Shown in pieces: positions 52,274 through 64,000 of a stretch of 64,000 nucleotides of DNA. Every line of letters starts with the position of its first letter. The stretch's first letter is position 1. The stretch is from Leucoraja ocellata (Eukaryota), in assembly GCA_036785375.1 (NCBI GenBank), contig JAWMAR010000070.1, positions 4,340,001 to 4,404,000 on the forward strand. The letters run 5' to 3'. Both the position numbers and the translations under genes were made by a program. A model generated the notes under the pieces. The model saw only the letters and a list, made by a program, of their open reading frames with translations, made no database searches and was not told where the DNA came from.

Positions 52274-53791
52274 CTGTGGGAAAGGAGCAAACAGTCAGAC
52301 ACTGAGTGAACATCTGAAAATCAAACACTCGCCAATAACCACCATCTCTGTATCTAAGCCAGAGCCGCCAGGTTGGAATCTGACCCATCCATCTACTTAG
52401 GGTCATAGAGGCATATAGTGTAGAAGCAGGCCCTTCGGTCTAATTTGCCCCCGCTGACCAACATGTCCATCCAGACTAGTTCCACCTGCCCTTGCTTAGC
52501 CCATAAGCTTCCAAACGCAAGAGACTGTGCATTTACTCGATCTATTCGTCGCGTGATTTTGTAGCTGCCATAAGATCATCCCTCATCCTCCTGCTCTCCC
52601 AGAAATAAAGTCCTAGTCTGCTCAATCCCTCCCTGGAGTTCAGGCACTCAAGTCATGGCAGCAGCCTTGTAAATCTTCTCTGCACCCAATCTTACTTGAT
52701 AGCATCTTTCCTATAACATGGTGATGAATACTGACCACAGAGCAGACATATCATCAGACAATCTTCGATTCTCGTTTACATTTCAGGAATTGTCAGCAGG
52801 AAAAAGGGAGCATTGTTTATTTAACTGTCGGACCCATCCCATCTACATAGATTCGTAGAGTCATACAGTAGAAACAGGCCCTTCGGCCTAACTTGCCCGC
52901 GCTGACCAACACGCCCAATCTACACTAGTTTCACCTGTCCTTTCTTGGCCCTTAACCCTCTAAACATATCCTATTCATGTAACTGTCCAATATTTTCTGA
53001 AATGTTACGATAGTACCTGCCATAACTACTTCCGTCAGCATTTCGTTTCATGGACCTACCAACCTTTGTGTAAACACGTTACTCGCCAGGTTCCTGTTAA
53101 ATCATTCCCCCCTGATATCAAAACTATGTCCTCTGGTTCCCGATTGCCCTACTCTGGGCAAAAGACTGTGTATTTACTCGATCTATTCCTCGCGTGATTT
53201 TTGTGATTTAAAAAAAAATTAATAAATATTTTTATTAGAATCAATGCACAGTAGTATAAACGGTGTTTTACATATTACATTTAGTGTAAAACTTCTTGTT
53301 TTAAATGTATTAATAGAAAAGTAACAGAAGCAAAAAAGAGAAGGAGAGAGAAAGTTAAGTAAAGTAGTGATATTGATAGTTCGTGAAAGAATAGATAGAA
53401 AGAACCCGTAAAGACATAAAGCCGTAAAAAAAACGTGACCCCCCCACCGAAAACTAAATACATTAATTAGTAAATAGAAATAAAAAATAGAGAATAAAAT
53501 AAAATAATAAGAAAACAAAACAGAAAAAGAATAAAAGGGAGAAGGGATATGCCTGCTTCATGTCTTTCCACACCCCTCACCCAGTTCTGAAACAGTTAAT
53601 TTCCAGGGTTATGTTGCACCATATACCTGGAATAAGTCGATAAAACGAGACCAAATCTTTAGCAATTGGTCTGCTTTACATGCTAGGACGAATCTCATAT
53701 CTTGGAGGTGTAACATTTCAGACATGCTTGAAATCCACATTTTAAGCGTGGGGGTGGGTTCGTTGTTCCAGAATTTGAGTATACGTTTTTT

Positions 53792-55504
53792 TAGAAACAT
53801 AGAAACATAGAAACATAGAAATTAGGTGCAGGAGTAGGCCATTCGGCCCTTCGAGCCTGCACCGCCATTCAATATGATCATGGCTGATCATCCAACTCAG
53901 TATCCCGTACCTGCCTTCTCTCCATACCCCCTGATCCCCTTAGCCACAAGGGCCACATCTAACTCCCTCTTAAATATAGCCAATGAACTGGCCTCAACTA
54001 CCCTCTGTGGCAGAGAGTTCCAGAGATTCACCACTCTCTGTGTGAAAAAAGTTCTCCTCATCTCGGTTTTAAAGGATTTCCCCCTTATCCTTAAGCTGTG
54101 ACCCCTTGTCCTAGACTTCCCCAACATCGGGAACAATCTTCCTGCATCTAGCCTGTCCAACCCCTTAAGAATTTTTTAAGTTTCTATAAGATCCCCTCTC
54201 AATCTCCTAAATTCTAGAGAGTATAAACCAAGTCTATCCAGTCTTTCTTCATAAGACAGTCCTGACATCACAGGAATCAGTCTGGTGAACCTTCTCTGCA
54301 CTCCCTCTATGGCAATAATGTCCTTCCTCAGATTTGGAGACCAAAACTGCACGCAATACTCCAGGTGTGGTCTCACCAAGACCCTGTACAACTGCAGTAG
54401 AACCTCTCTGCTCCTATACTCAAATCCTCTTGCTATGAAAGCCAACATACCATTCGCTTTCTTTACTGCCTGCTGCACCTGCATGCCTACCTTCAATGAC
54501 TGGTGTACCATGACACCCAGGCCTCGCTGCATCTCCCCCTTTGCCAATCGGCCACCGTTTAGATAATAATCTGCTTTCCCGTTTTTGCCACCAAAATGGA
54601 TAACCTCACATTTATCCACATTAAACTGCATCTGCCAAACATTTGCCCACTCACCCAGCCTATCCAAGTCACCTTGCAGTCTCCTAGCATCCTCCTCACA
54701 CCTAACACTGCCCCCCAGCTTAGTGTAATCCGCAAACTTGGAGATATTGCCTTCAATTCCCTCATCCAGATCATTAATATATATTGTAAATAGCTGGGGT
54801 CTCAGTACTGAGCCTTGCGGTACCCCACTAGTCACTGCCTGCCATTGTGAAAAGGACCCGTTTACTCCTACTCTTTGCTTCCTGTTTGCCAGCCAGTTCT
54901 CTATCCACATCAATACTGAACCCCCAATGCCATGTGCTTTAAGTTTGTATACCAATCTCTTATGTGGGACCTTGTCGAAAGCCTTCTGGAAGTCCAGATA
55001 CACCACATCCACTGGTTCTCCCCTATCCACGCTACTAGTTACATCCTCGAAAAATTCTATAAGATTTGTCAGACATGATTTACCTTTCGTAAATCCATGC
55101 TGACTTTGTCCAATGATTTCACCACTTTCCAAATGTGCTGCTATCCCATCTTTAATAACTGACTCTAGCAGTTTCCCCACTACCGATGTTAGGCTAACTG
55201 GTCTGTAATTCCCTGTTTTCTCTCTCCCTCCCTTCTTAAAAAGTGGGGTTACGTTTGCTACCCGCCAATCCTCTGGAACTACTCCAGAATCTAAAGAGTT
55301 TTGAAAGATTATTACTAATGCATCCACTATTTCTGGAGCTACTTCCTTAAGTACTCTGGGATGCAGCCTATCTGGCCCTGGGGATTTATCGGCCTTTAAT
55401 CCATTCAATTTACCTAACACCACTTCCCGGCTAACCTGGATTTCACTCAATTCCTCCACCTCCTTTGACCCGCGGGCCCCTGCTATATCGGGCCCCTGCT
55501 ATAT
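53792..55504 (-). mobile_element. 5'-truncated CR1-clade LINE (RT domain), recent insertion in a gene A intron
   Basis: ORF 54176..55459 (KSPGPD, YRPVSLTS, LDFQKAFDKV, GVPQGSVL, FADYT) continues in frame past one TAA into 53897..54160; (TTTCTATG)n 3' tail; site is empty in B and C. Confidence 0.92.
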
Positions 55505-56328
55505 GTTATCAAGCCATGGTTAAGGAGAGAATTTTGGAACGAAATCAGCTTAGAGCCGGCTTCCATTGTTCCAAAAATAATCAATTCAGTGTTGGGGTAC
55601 AATTTTATTTTAAACTCGCAGGATTTTTTTACCTGCAATAAAATCACCCCTCATCCTCCTGCGCTCCAAGGTATAAAGGCCTAATCTGCTCAACCCCTCC
55701 CTGTATACCAGGCCCTCAAGTCATCGCAACATCCTTGTAAATCATCTCTGCTCCTTCTCCTCACAATCCATTTACCAGATTTAGACATCTCTGTGTCTCT
55801 CCATCCTCCCAGTTGCCAGAACTACCATGTCTGGCACTGGACCAGTACACAGCAGCACCATCTCTCTTTGTTTTACAATTCCAGCATCTGCAGTTAATCT
55901 TCTTTTAATCTGAAACTCTGCTTTTAATCTGAACATTCAAATGCCTCATTAGTACAACAGTATCAACAACTTTTTAATTTCCTTGCATAAAATTGTTGAT
56001 GGCGATACTGTTGCAATATTAAGGTGTGTGAATGGCGGTATTGTAGAATAGTGTGTAGGGAGCGAATGGGAAAGTGGAATAACATAGAACTAGTGTGACC
56101 GGTGATCGCTAGGTGGTGTGGACTCGGTGGGCCGAAGGATCCGTTTCCATGTTACATTTGTAAACTATTACTAAATATCCGGGCGAACATTTTTCTGTAA
56201 ACTCTACAAACCGTTCACATATTTTGTTTTATAAAGCGGGGACCAGACCTGTGCACCAGACTCCCACCTAACAAATGTTTTGCCCGTTGCCAAAGTGGAG
56301 ACATCAAGTCACTCATTGAGAAACCTAC

Positions 56329-56640
56329 CTTCAGATACTTGGAGATATACTTTAAATGTTGGTTCGCCAGGTGTAGTAATTCCACATCTGTACCATCCTG
56401 TATCTCCAGAGTGAAGATCCTCCACGGTCACAGTAAATATTCCTCGTGCCGGGTTATCTGTGATTGACACTCTTCCGCTCTGTCCATGTTTCCCATTTGT
56501 TTCACCTACATGTGTACACTGGCGACTTGTCCCAGGGCACCAGTATTTTGTGTGTGAGCGGTACACTGCTGCATAGTGACAATCGATTGTGATCGCTCTT
56601 CCCACAACCCCTCTTACTTCGCTCTCCGCCCACAGTGCAC
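56329..56640 (-). CDS. Gene A Ig V exon 4
   Basis: 312 nt, phase 1-1, GAAG|GTAGGT donor; KYWCPGTSRQC, DTGWYRC. Confidence 0.9.
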
Positions 56641-57716
56641 CTGAAACTGAAGGGAACATCTTTCATAAATTGAAGAGCAAAATTAGCCTTTCACAAACAT
56701 ATACATTAGAGTATAATGTACAGGGGAGTCCGCCCACTCAATTTCTTAACTCTGTTGAATTCCACCTAGATTGCGATGAGAGACAGATACTATACACCGT
56801 CCCTCACCATCTGCACAGGTCGTTCCAAAGCGCTTCCCAGCCAATGTGGGTGTGAATGGTGAAGAATGATGTATTGAACACGGAGCCTCTTGCAATTGGA
56901 AGGCGCTGTCTAGGGAGTCTTGGTCAGTTGCTGCAGTGCATCGTGCAGATGGTGCAAACTGCTGCTGCTCTGCATCAGCGGGCGAGGTTGAGGATGGGGT
57001 GTCTATCATGCGCGATTCTGGGTCATGACAAACCAAACACAAGTGTTCGGCGAAATTGTAGCCTAGGCCAGTGCTTCTTAAACTGATGAATGGTTCACCC
57101 AAGGGCGAAAAAAAATTATTTTGGGGTAAATTACTTAATTTACGTTTTTTGCTCATGTGACAAAATCAATTATCAATAAAATTATGCACAAAGGAAAATA
57201 CGATGATAATAACCAAAAGAACATAAGAACATTTAGTGGAGGGTGAATTAAATTTTGTAATAAAGACTCAAGGGCGAATTACACTGTAATAGTTTATTAA
57301 GAACTGGCCTTGTATAAAATTGGTCTCGCTGATGTAAACCATTCACACCCTCTTCTGGACTTCCAATCTGAGCGTCTCCACATCTACAGGGAAGTTCTTT
57401 TCAAAATTATCTTTGACAAAAGTAAGGGTTATACTTGATGGAGTGACGGCCAAGTAGATTCCAATTTAATTTTGTGAGATTACTGGAGTTTAACACAAAT
57501 TAACAGAGTTAAAATCATGAACATGATCATGAAATTGTACATCCTTGGTTATAACTGATGATGGATCCAAACAGAATGAATTTGGTTTCTTTCTCTGTCT
57601 GAAAGTGCGGCAGCCAGAAAATAATTTTGATGGAATGCACTGAACCCGCAGGTATTTCTCTCATTTGCTGAAATTTCTCACCACCGCCCAGGTGAAAGCA
57701 ACAGGCAATCATTTAC

Positions 57717-57779
57717 CAGTCCCCCAAACAAATTCTCTCATTTTACACCATGAGCTCCCGGTGGCTGCAATGATGCCGT
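57717..57779 (-). CDS. Gene A 63-nt Cys linker exon (DGIIAATGSSWCKMREFVWGT)
   Basis: ttatttgcag acceptor, ACTG|GTAAAT donor, phase 1-1; conserved in gene C. Confidence 0.65.
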
Positions 57780-57857
57780 CTGCAAATAACAAGAAATCCA
57801 TGAACATCATCACAAGGCGAATAGCAGCAGGTTCAGGGACACGAGAAGAACACACAC

Positions 57858-58178
57858 CTGCATTGTTGATTTCTGTCACATAACTGCACGTTCCTGCTCC
57901 TTTGAAGACTTTCACGTTGAGTATTTCACTGGATTTTGTCCCACGATTATTTGAGGCTGTGCAGTAATATTGACGGTGTTGACCTTCGAGGATTTCACAA
58001 CTCAGATCCAGTTGATTGCCAGACACGGTAGTTGAAACCCAATGCTCGTTCTTTTCAAACCATGTGTAATGGATGGGAAGGGATCCACGGACTGACTCAC
58101 ACGACACTGACACTGAGCCTCCGAGATGTGAGGCATTTGCTGGTGACAGATATCTGAGCACAGGAACAGACATGGGTT
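57858..58178 (-). CDS. Gene A Ig C2-type exon (C2a, FcR/FCRL-like)
   Basis: cccacag|AACCC acceptor, GCAG|GTGTGT donor, 321 nt; VSCESVRGSLPIHYTWF...YYCTASN. Confidence 0.88.
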
Positions 58179-59674
58179 CTGTGGGAATGGAGCAAACATT
58201 CAGTCACCTGTACGAACAGTTAAAAACCAAACACATGCTAAATCTCAGCAGCCCTTTATCTCAGCCCGAACCGTCCGGTTGATATCTCACCGGCTCATCT
58301 ACATCTCTGTGAGTGTGCGAAGCCCAGAAACTGAAGAAGGTTAGAGTTATAGAGAACCGAAAGATGCCCATCACAACAGCTCATTCATGCCGACCAACAT
58401 GTCTTTCTAGGCCATTTCCATATGTCCACGTTTCTCCCTTATCACTCGCAATGATCCCAATCTACGCAAATATCAAAAAAATATTTTAAATGCTGCTATT
58501 CTAACGGCCTTAACACCTTCCCCTGGCAGCAGGTTCCATATAAATATCACCCAATGTGTGGAAAATGTTGTCCCGCAGAACATATGTTGGGATGTTACGT
58601 CCCTTTAAGATAGACACAAAATGCAGGGGTAACTCGGCGGATTAGGCAGCATCTTTCGAGAGAAGGAATGGGTGACGTTTCGAATCGTGACCCTTCTTCA
58701 GCCTGAGAATCATGAGAAAGGGAGACAGAAGAGAAATGGAAGGGTACGGTGTGAAAACAAGTGATCAAAGGTGAAAATGTTTTAAAAAAATGTAGAATGG
58801 ATCATTGTCAGCTGAAGGGAAGGCATAGAATCAGTAAAATATAAGCTGGAGGGCAGTGAAAATAATTGGAGGCTTCGGATGGGGCGGGATGGAGACAGGA
58901 GTAAAGCAAGGGTTACTTGAAGTTAGAGAAGTCAATATTCAAACCGCTGGGGTGTAAGCTGCCCAAGCGAAATATGAGGCACTGTTCCTCCAATTTGCTT
59001 TTGGCCTCACTCTGCAGGGGAGGAGGTCCGGGACAGAAAGATCAGTTTGGGAATGGGAGGGGGAATAAAGGTGTTTTGCAATCGGGATGTAGCGTAGGCC
59101 GAGGAACACTGTGCGGAATTGTTCAGCGAAACGATCGCCGAGCCTGCGTTGGGTCTCCCATCTACTGTATCCGCTTGTTCACACCTGGAACAGCGGATAT
59201 AGTAGAGGAGGTTAGAAGAGATGCAAGTGAACCTCTGACTCACCCGGAAATACTGTTGGAGCCTTGGACGGAGTAGAAGCGGGATATATAGGGACTGGTG
59301 TTGCATCTCCTGCAGTTGTAGGGGAAGGTATCTGGGGACGGTGTGGGAAAGGACGAGTTGACCAGGGAGTTGCGGATTCTGTCGGGTTATTAGTTTGAGT
59401 CGGAATGCAAACCTCTGACAGGGTGACATTTCATACAGTTCAGAGGCAGGGAAATGTGCTGAGCATCCCACTTGAAGTGGGTGGCCGCTCAGTGGGACAG
59501 AGCCCGCACTGGGTGAGAGCAACATGAGTGGGGGTTTCCAACCCCCGCCCGCTCCCCGCAGGTCTCTGCACTGCTGCGGAGCCTCGGGATATCGGTGCTG
59601 CCCTGACCCTTCCCGGAGAGAACATAGATTATGCATTTCAGTGGAGACGTCAAGTCAATCGCTGCGAAACGTAC

Positions 59675-59989
59675 CGTCAGATACTTGGAGATGTACGTTA
59701 AATATTGGACGGTCGCCAGGTGTAGTAATTCCACAGCTGTACCATCCCGTATCTCCAGAGTGAAGATCCTCCACAGTCACAGCAAATATTCTTAGTGCCG
59801 GTATATCTGTGATTGACACTCTTCCACTCCGTCCGTGTTGCCTATTTGCTTCCACTAAAACTGTACACGGGTGATTCCTCCCACGGCACCAGTATTTTGT
59901 GTGTGAGCGGTACGCTGCTGCATAGTGACAATCGATTGTGATCGCTCTTCCCACAACTCCTGTTACATTCTTCTCTGCCCACACTGCAT
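59675..59989 (-). CDS. Gene A Ig V exon 3
   Basis: 315 nt, tttcag|ATGCA acceptor, GACG|GTACGT donor; KYWCRGRNHPC, DTGWYSC. Confidence 0.9.
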
Positions 59990-60997
59990 CTGAAACTGAG
60001 GGGAGAAACTTTCAGATGGACCAGTTGACCAGGGAGTGACGGAGGGAACGGTGTCTTCGGAAAGCGGTGGAGATGGAAAGGTGTGGCTAGTTATCTGGTT
60101 ATGGGATCCCGTTGGAGGTGGCGAAAACGTTGGACGATTATATGTTGCGTGCGACGGCTGATGGGGTGAAAGATGAGTTTATTCTGCTTACCACCGGGGA
60201 AATGTCCGGGTGGAGAGGCTGCCGGGCGGTGGGTGGACAGTGGCTGTTGGGGGTGGGGGCCCATTGACGGGGCAGAGGGAGAGAGAGAGCGAGAGCGCGG
60301 GATGGGGAGGGAATGACTGATCGCTGAGGTGGGAGCGGGAAGCGGTATGAACTGCACCGGGAGGACTGATGAGCTCTGGGGACTGATATTTTTTTTTAAC
60401 TCTCCGGGTATTCAGACCGCGAGCAACACTTGTTTCTCACTGTGGGATTATTAGTTTGAGTCTGAATGCAAACTTCTGACGGGTGACATTTCATACAGTT
60501 CCGAGGAAGGGAAATGCGCTGAGTGAAAAGTGAAGTGAAAGTGAAGTTAAATCCCACTTTTCAAGAAAGGAGCGAGAGAAAACAGGAAATTACAGAGCAG
60601 TTAGCCTGACTTCGGTGCGGGAAAGATGCCGGAGTCAATTATTAAAGAGGTAATAATGGGGCATTTGGATAGCAGTAAAATAATTAGTCCAAGTCAGCAT
60701 GGATTTATGAAAGGAAAATCATGCCTGACTAATCTTCTGGAATTTTTTGAGGATGTGGCAAATAAAATGAACGAAGGTGAGCCAGTGAATGTAGTGTGTC
60801 TAGACTTCAAGAAATCCTTTGATAAGGTTCCGCACGGCAGACTGGTGACTAAATTGAGAGCGCATGGAAGGGTGTTGACGTGGATAGGAAATTGGTTGGC
60901 AGACAGGAAGCAAAGAGTAGGAGTGAACGGGTCCTTTTCAGAATGGCGGGAAGTGGCGAGTCAGTGGAGACGACAAGTCAATCGTTGCGAAACGTAC

Positions 60998-61312
60998 CGT
61001 CAGATACAAGGAGTTCTACGGTAAACATTGGGCGGCCGTTAGATGTTGCAATTCCACATCTGTACCATCCTGTATCGCCAGAGAGAAGATCCTCCACAGT
61101 CACAGTAAATTTTCCTCGTGCCGGGTTATCTGTGATTGACACTCTTCCACTCCTTCCGGGTAGCCCAATTGTTTCCACCATATCTGTACATTGGCGATTC
61201 TGCACACGGCACCAGTATTTTGTGTGTGAGCGGTACTCTGCTGCATAGTGACAATCGATTGTAATCACACTTCCCACAACTCCTCTTACATACATCTCTC
61301 CCCACACTGCAC
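60998..61312 (-). CDS. Gene A Ig V exon 2
   Basis: 315 nt, phase 1-1, canonical splice sites; KYWCRVQNRQC, DTGWYRC. Confidence 0.9.
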
Positions 61313-61430
61313 CTGAAACTGAAGGGGAGAAACTTTCAGATGGAGAGCAAATGAACAGTTTAGTGGAAATAGATACATTTTCAAGATTCCATGAAAGAAA
61401 ACTTAAATAGTTCCATGATGTGTCATATTG

Positions 61431-61768
61431 TACAGGAGGTACAAGGAGCATTAGCTGCAAAACCAGCAGGATGCTCCTCAGCTTCTTCCCACAGGCTATA
61501 AGACTGTTAAATGAACTTTCCCCCCTGCCAAGTATCGCGCACAAACCCCCCACACTGCAGCAGAGCCACTGTTGTGCCGCTGCCGGTCGGAACGGCTGTT
61601 GAATGTTTATTAGAGGGTTAAATTTGTTCATGACATGTATTTTTTAATTTTAATTCCTATTTATTTTGTAATGGAAACTGAATGGACACTGGTTGAGCAA
61701 CGTTTTTTTGTTTCCTCTGGGTATGCGAATACTCAGGAAATGACAATAAAGATTTACAATATATTACA
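61431..61768 (+). mobile_element. Rex/Babar-like LINE 3' fragment specific to gene A
   Basis: RSISCKTSRMLLSFFPQAIRLLN; atattg target-site duplication (61425-30 and 61769-74); empty site at ~13805. Confidence 0.7.
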
Positions 61769-62265
61769 ATATTGCTTCACGGCCAATGTCTCTGGTCTGA
61801 AGTGCAGGCAGTGCTGTTATTGTACCAGTTGTGTCAGTGTTCTGTCCCCGGGTCAGTACAATTAGGGTTCACTTCCTACTCCAGATCCCTGAGCAGAAAC
61901 TGGGCTGGGATCGCAGTGCGGTACTGAGGGAGCGCGGCAGTGTTGCAGGAGCTGCCTTTCAACGATCCCAGGCGGTGCCTGGCCTCTCACCCCACGAAAG
62001 ACCCCACTTTGCTATTTCATTGGCGGTGACAATTTCTTCACAGCAGTTATCAGGCATCTGAATCATCCTACCACGCCCAGAGATCTGTCCTGAACTCCCA
62101 TCTACCTCTTTGACGACCCTCGGACCACCCTTGATCGTACTTTGCTGCCTTTACCTTACACTAAACGTTATTTAATTTTCAATTATATATGCACTGTAGG
62201 AGAATCGATTGTAATCCTGTATTGTCTTTCTGCTGGAGACGTCAATCAATCGCTGCGAAACGTAC

Positions 62266-62580
62266 CGTCAGATACTTCGAGATGAACGTTAAATATTGGA
62301 TGGTCGGCAGATGTCTTAATTCCACATCTGTACCATCCTGTATCTCCATCCTGAAGATCGTCCACAGTCACAGTAAATATTCCTCGTGCCGGGTTATCTG
62401 TGATTGACAATCTTCCACTCCGTTCGTGTTGCTCATTTGTTTCCACCAAAACTGTACATTGGAGACTCATCCCACGGCACCAGTATTTTGTGTGTGAGCG
62501 GTACTCTGCTGCATAGTAACAATCGATTATGGTCGCTGTTCCCACAACTCCTCTTACATCCCGCTTTGCCCACACTGCAC
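62266..62580 (-). CDS. Gene A Ig V exon 1 (CD300/pIgR-type)
   Basis: tttcag|GTGCA acceptor, GACG|GTACGT donor, 315 nt, phase 1-1; IDC...KYWCRGMSLQC...DTGWYRC. Confidence 0.9.
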
Positions 62581-62656
62581 CTGAAACTGAGCGGAGAAAC
62601 TTTCAGATGGAGAGCAATGAACTGTTTAATGGAAATAGATACATTTTGAAGATTAC

Positions 62657-63262
62657 TTCTTCATATAAACTTCTTCATCGCCTCCAATGCATTCAGAACT
62701 CAGCAGCCCGGATCATCACCCGTACCAGATCATCGGACCACATCACACCCATCCTCGCTCAGCTCCACTGGCTCCCTGTGCACCACCGGATTAACTACAA
62801 GATTTTACTGCTGACCTTAAAAGACCTACCGCACCTTGCTCCCCAATACCTCTCTGACTTGCTGCTACCATACACTCCTTCCCGGTCACTTCGTTCCTCC
62901 TCAGCTGTAACTTTAACTGTCCCCACATTTAGACTCAGCACAATGGTTGCCAGAGCCTTTGGCTGCTCTACCCCACGTCTCTGGAACACTCTCCCACCTC
63001 CCTTCCGTCACCTAGGCACTATCGATCAATTCAAATCACAAATCAAAACACACCTGTTTAGATTAGCATACCCGACATAACTTCCACAATGTTCACCCTG
63101 ATTTTAATGACTTAAAATATTTTGTGTATTTTTTTGTTTTTTGTTTTTTGGCAACTTAATTTTAATATTGATAATTGTATTGTGATTTTATGTCCTGTAA
63201 GGTGTCCTTGCGTGTCCAGAGAGGCGCTAGCAAATAAAATGCATTATTATTATTAATATTAA

Positions 63263-63329
<67 letters not shown>

Positions 63330-63330
63330 T
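62657..63330 (+). mobile_element. L2-clade LINE 3' fragment with (TTA)n tail, at the same site as in gene C
   Basis: ORF 62529..63080 is nearly identical to 14565..15116. Confidence 0.82.
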
Positions 63331-64000
63331 GAAAGAAAACTTAAATCGTTCCATGATGTGTCATATTGCTTCACGGCCAATGTCTCCGGCCTGAAGTGCA
63401 GGCAGTGCTGTTATTGTACCAGTTGTGTCAGTGTTCTGTCCCCGGTTCAGTACAATTTGGGTTCACTTCCCACTCCAGATCCCAGAGCAGAAACTGGGCT
63501 GGGATCGCAGTGCGGTACTGAGGGAGCGCGGCAGTGTTGCAGGAGCTGCCTTTCAACAATCCCAGGCGGTGCCCGGCCTCTCACCCCACAGAAAGACCCC
63601 ACTTTGCTATTTAATTGGCGGTGCCGCCGGCTACGCTGCCAACATTCATCTCTCAACCGACACTGGGCAGGACGCGTGTTTTTTTAAATTATCAAATAAT
63701 TTATTCAATTATTAAAAATAATATTTACACTACAATAAAACAAGAACCCAACACCATAATACAAGACAAACAAATATACTAAATAAACTACTATACAACT
63801 ATGTTACAATACTTGTCAAGGGTGTATTCAACCACAGGCGGTGCCCAGATGTCCCGGAAATCCCCCAGATGCCCGTGGACAGCGCCTGGTCCTTCTCGAG
63901 ACCCACCCGGACGCGGAAAGCCGACCCGTGTTTAGACATTCACCGCCGCCAATGCTTTCCAACGCCCTGACTGAGGACAGAGGACGGACGAGATACATTA

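Larger units (their letters stand above)
45417..64000 (-). other. Gene A (5'-partial): inhibitory CD300/pIgR-like multi-Ig receptor, V-V-V-C2-linker-V-C2-linker-TM-cytoplasmic tail with 3 ITIMs
   Basis: 11 exons with GT-AG ends and compatible phases join in one frame (2414 nt in window; 816 aa with a 37-nt leader like genes B/C). By homology to gene C the leader is expected ~0.85 kb beyond the right edge. Confidence 0.85.

Noticed and set aside
9094-62580. Rearranging antigen-receptor (Ig/TCR/NAR) V-segment cluster
   Set aside because: The V exons include their own G strand and end in splice donors; I saw no RSS heptamer/nonamer, J or C1 segments; the Cys pattern is CD300/pIgR-like.

Overview
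Eukaryotic, intron-rich vertebrate DNA. The repeats (CR1-, L2-, Rex/Babar-, Tx1- and Penelope-like fragments, tRNA-derived SINEs) look chondrichthyan, probably a skate or ray; this is an inference. The window holds a minus-strand tandem cluster of multi-domain immunoglobulin-superfamily receptor genes. They are built from phase-1 exon modules: CD300/pIgR-type V domains (KYWC-x6-C, DTGWYxC), Fc-receptor-like C2 domains and small Cys-containing linker exons. I traced the splice sites by hand and recovered three gene models. Gene A (45417..>64000, leader outside the window) is V-V-V-C2a-linker-V-C2b-linker, an uncharged TM and a ~110-aa tail with three ITIMs, so it is inhibitory. Gene C (4155..16924) has the same ectodomain almost base for base but a different 3' end: a stalk exon and an Arg-containing TM (WEVGRWMFFLLLVIW), which suggests an activating receptor. 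Gene B (21512..35989) has the same activating 3' end but a reshuffled ectodomain (V-C2b-V-C2a-V-C2b) and carries frameshift lesions. There is also an orphan intact V exon (39313..39624), and the upstream region of a probable fourth gene lies at the left edge. Together this reads as a paired inhibitory/activating receptor system diversifying by exon shuffling and gene conversion. It may belong to, or be related to, the skate MDIR (modular domain immune-type receptor) family; a database search is needed to settle that. Most TM, linker, stalk and leader exons are too short to appear as their own entries in the ORF track.
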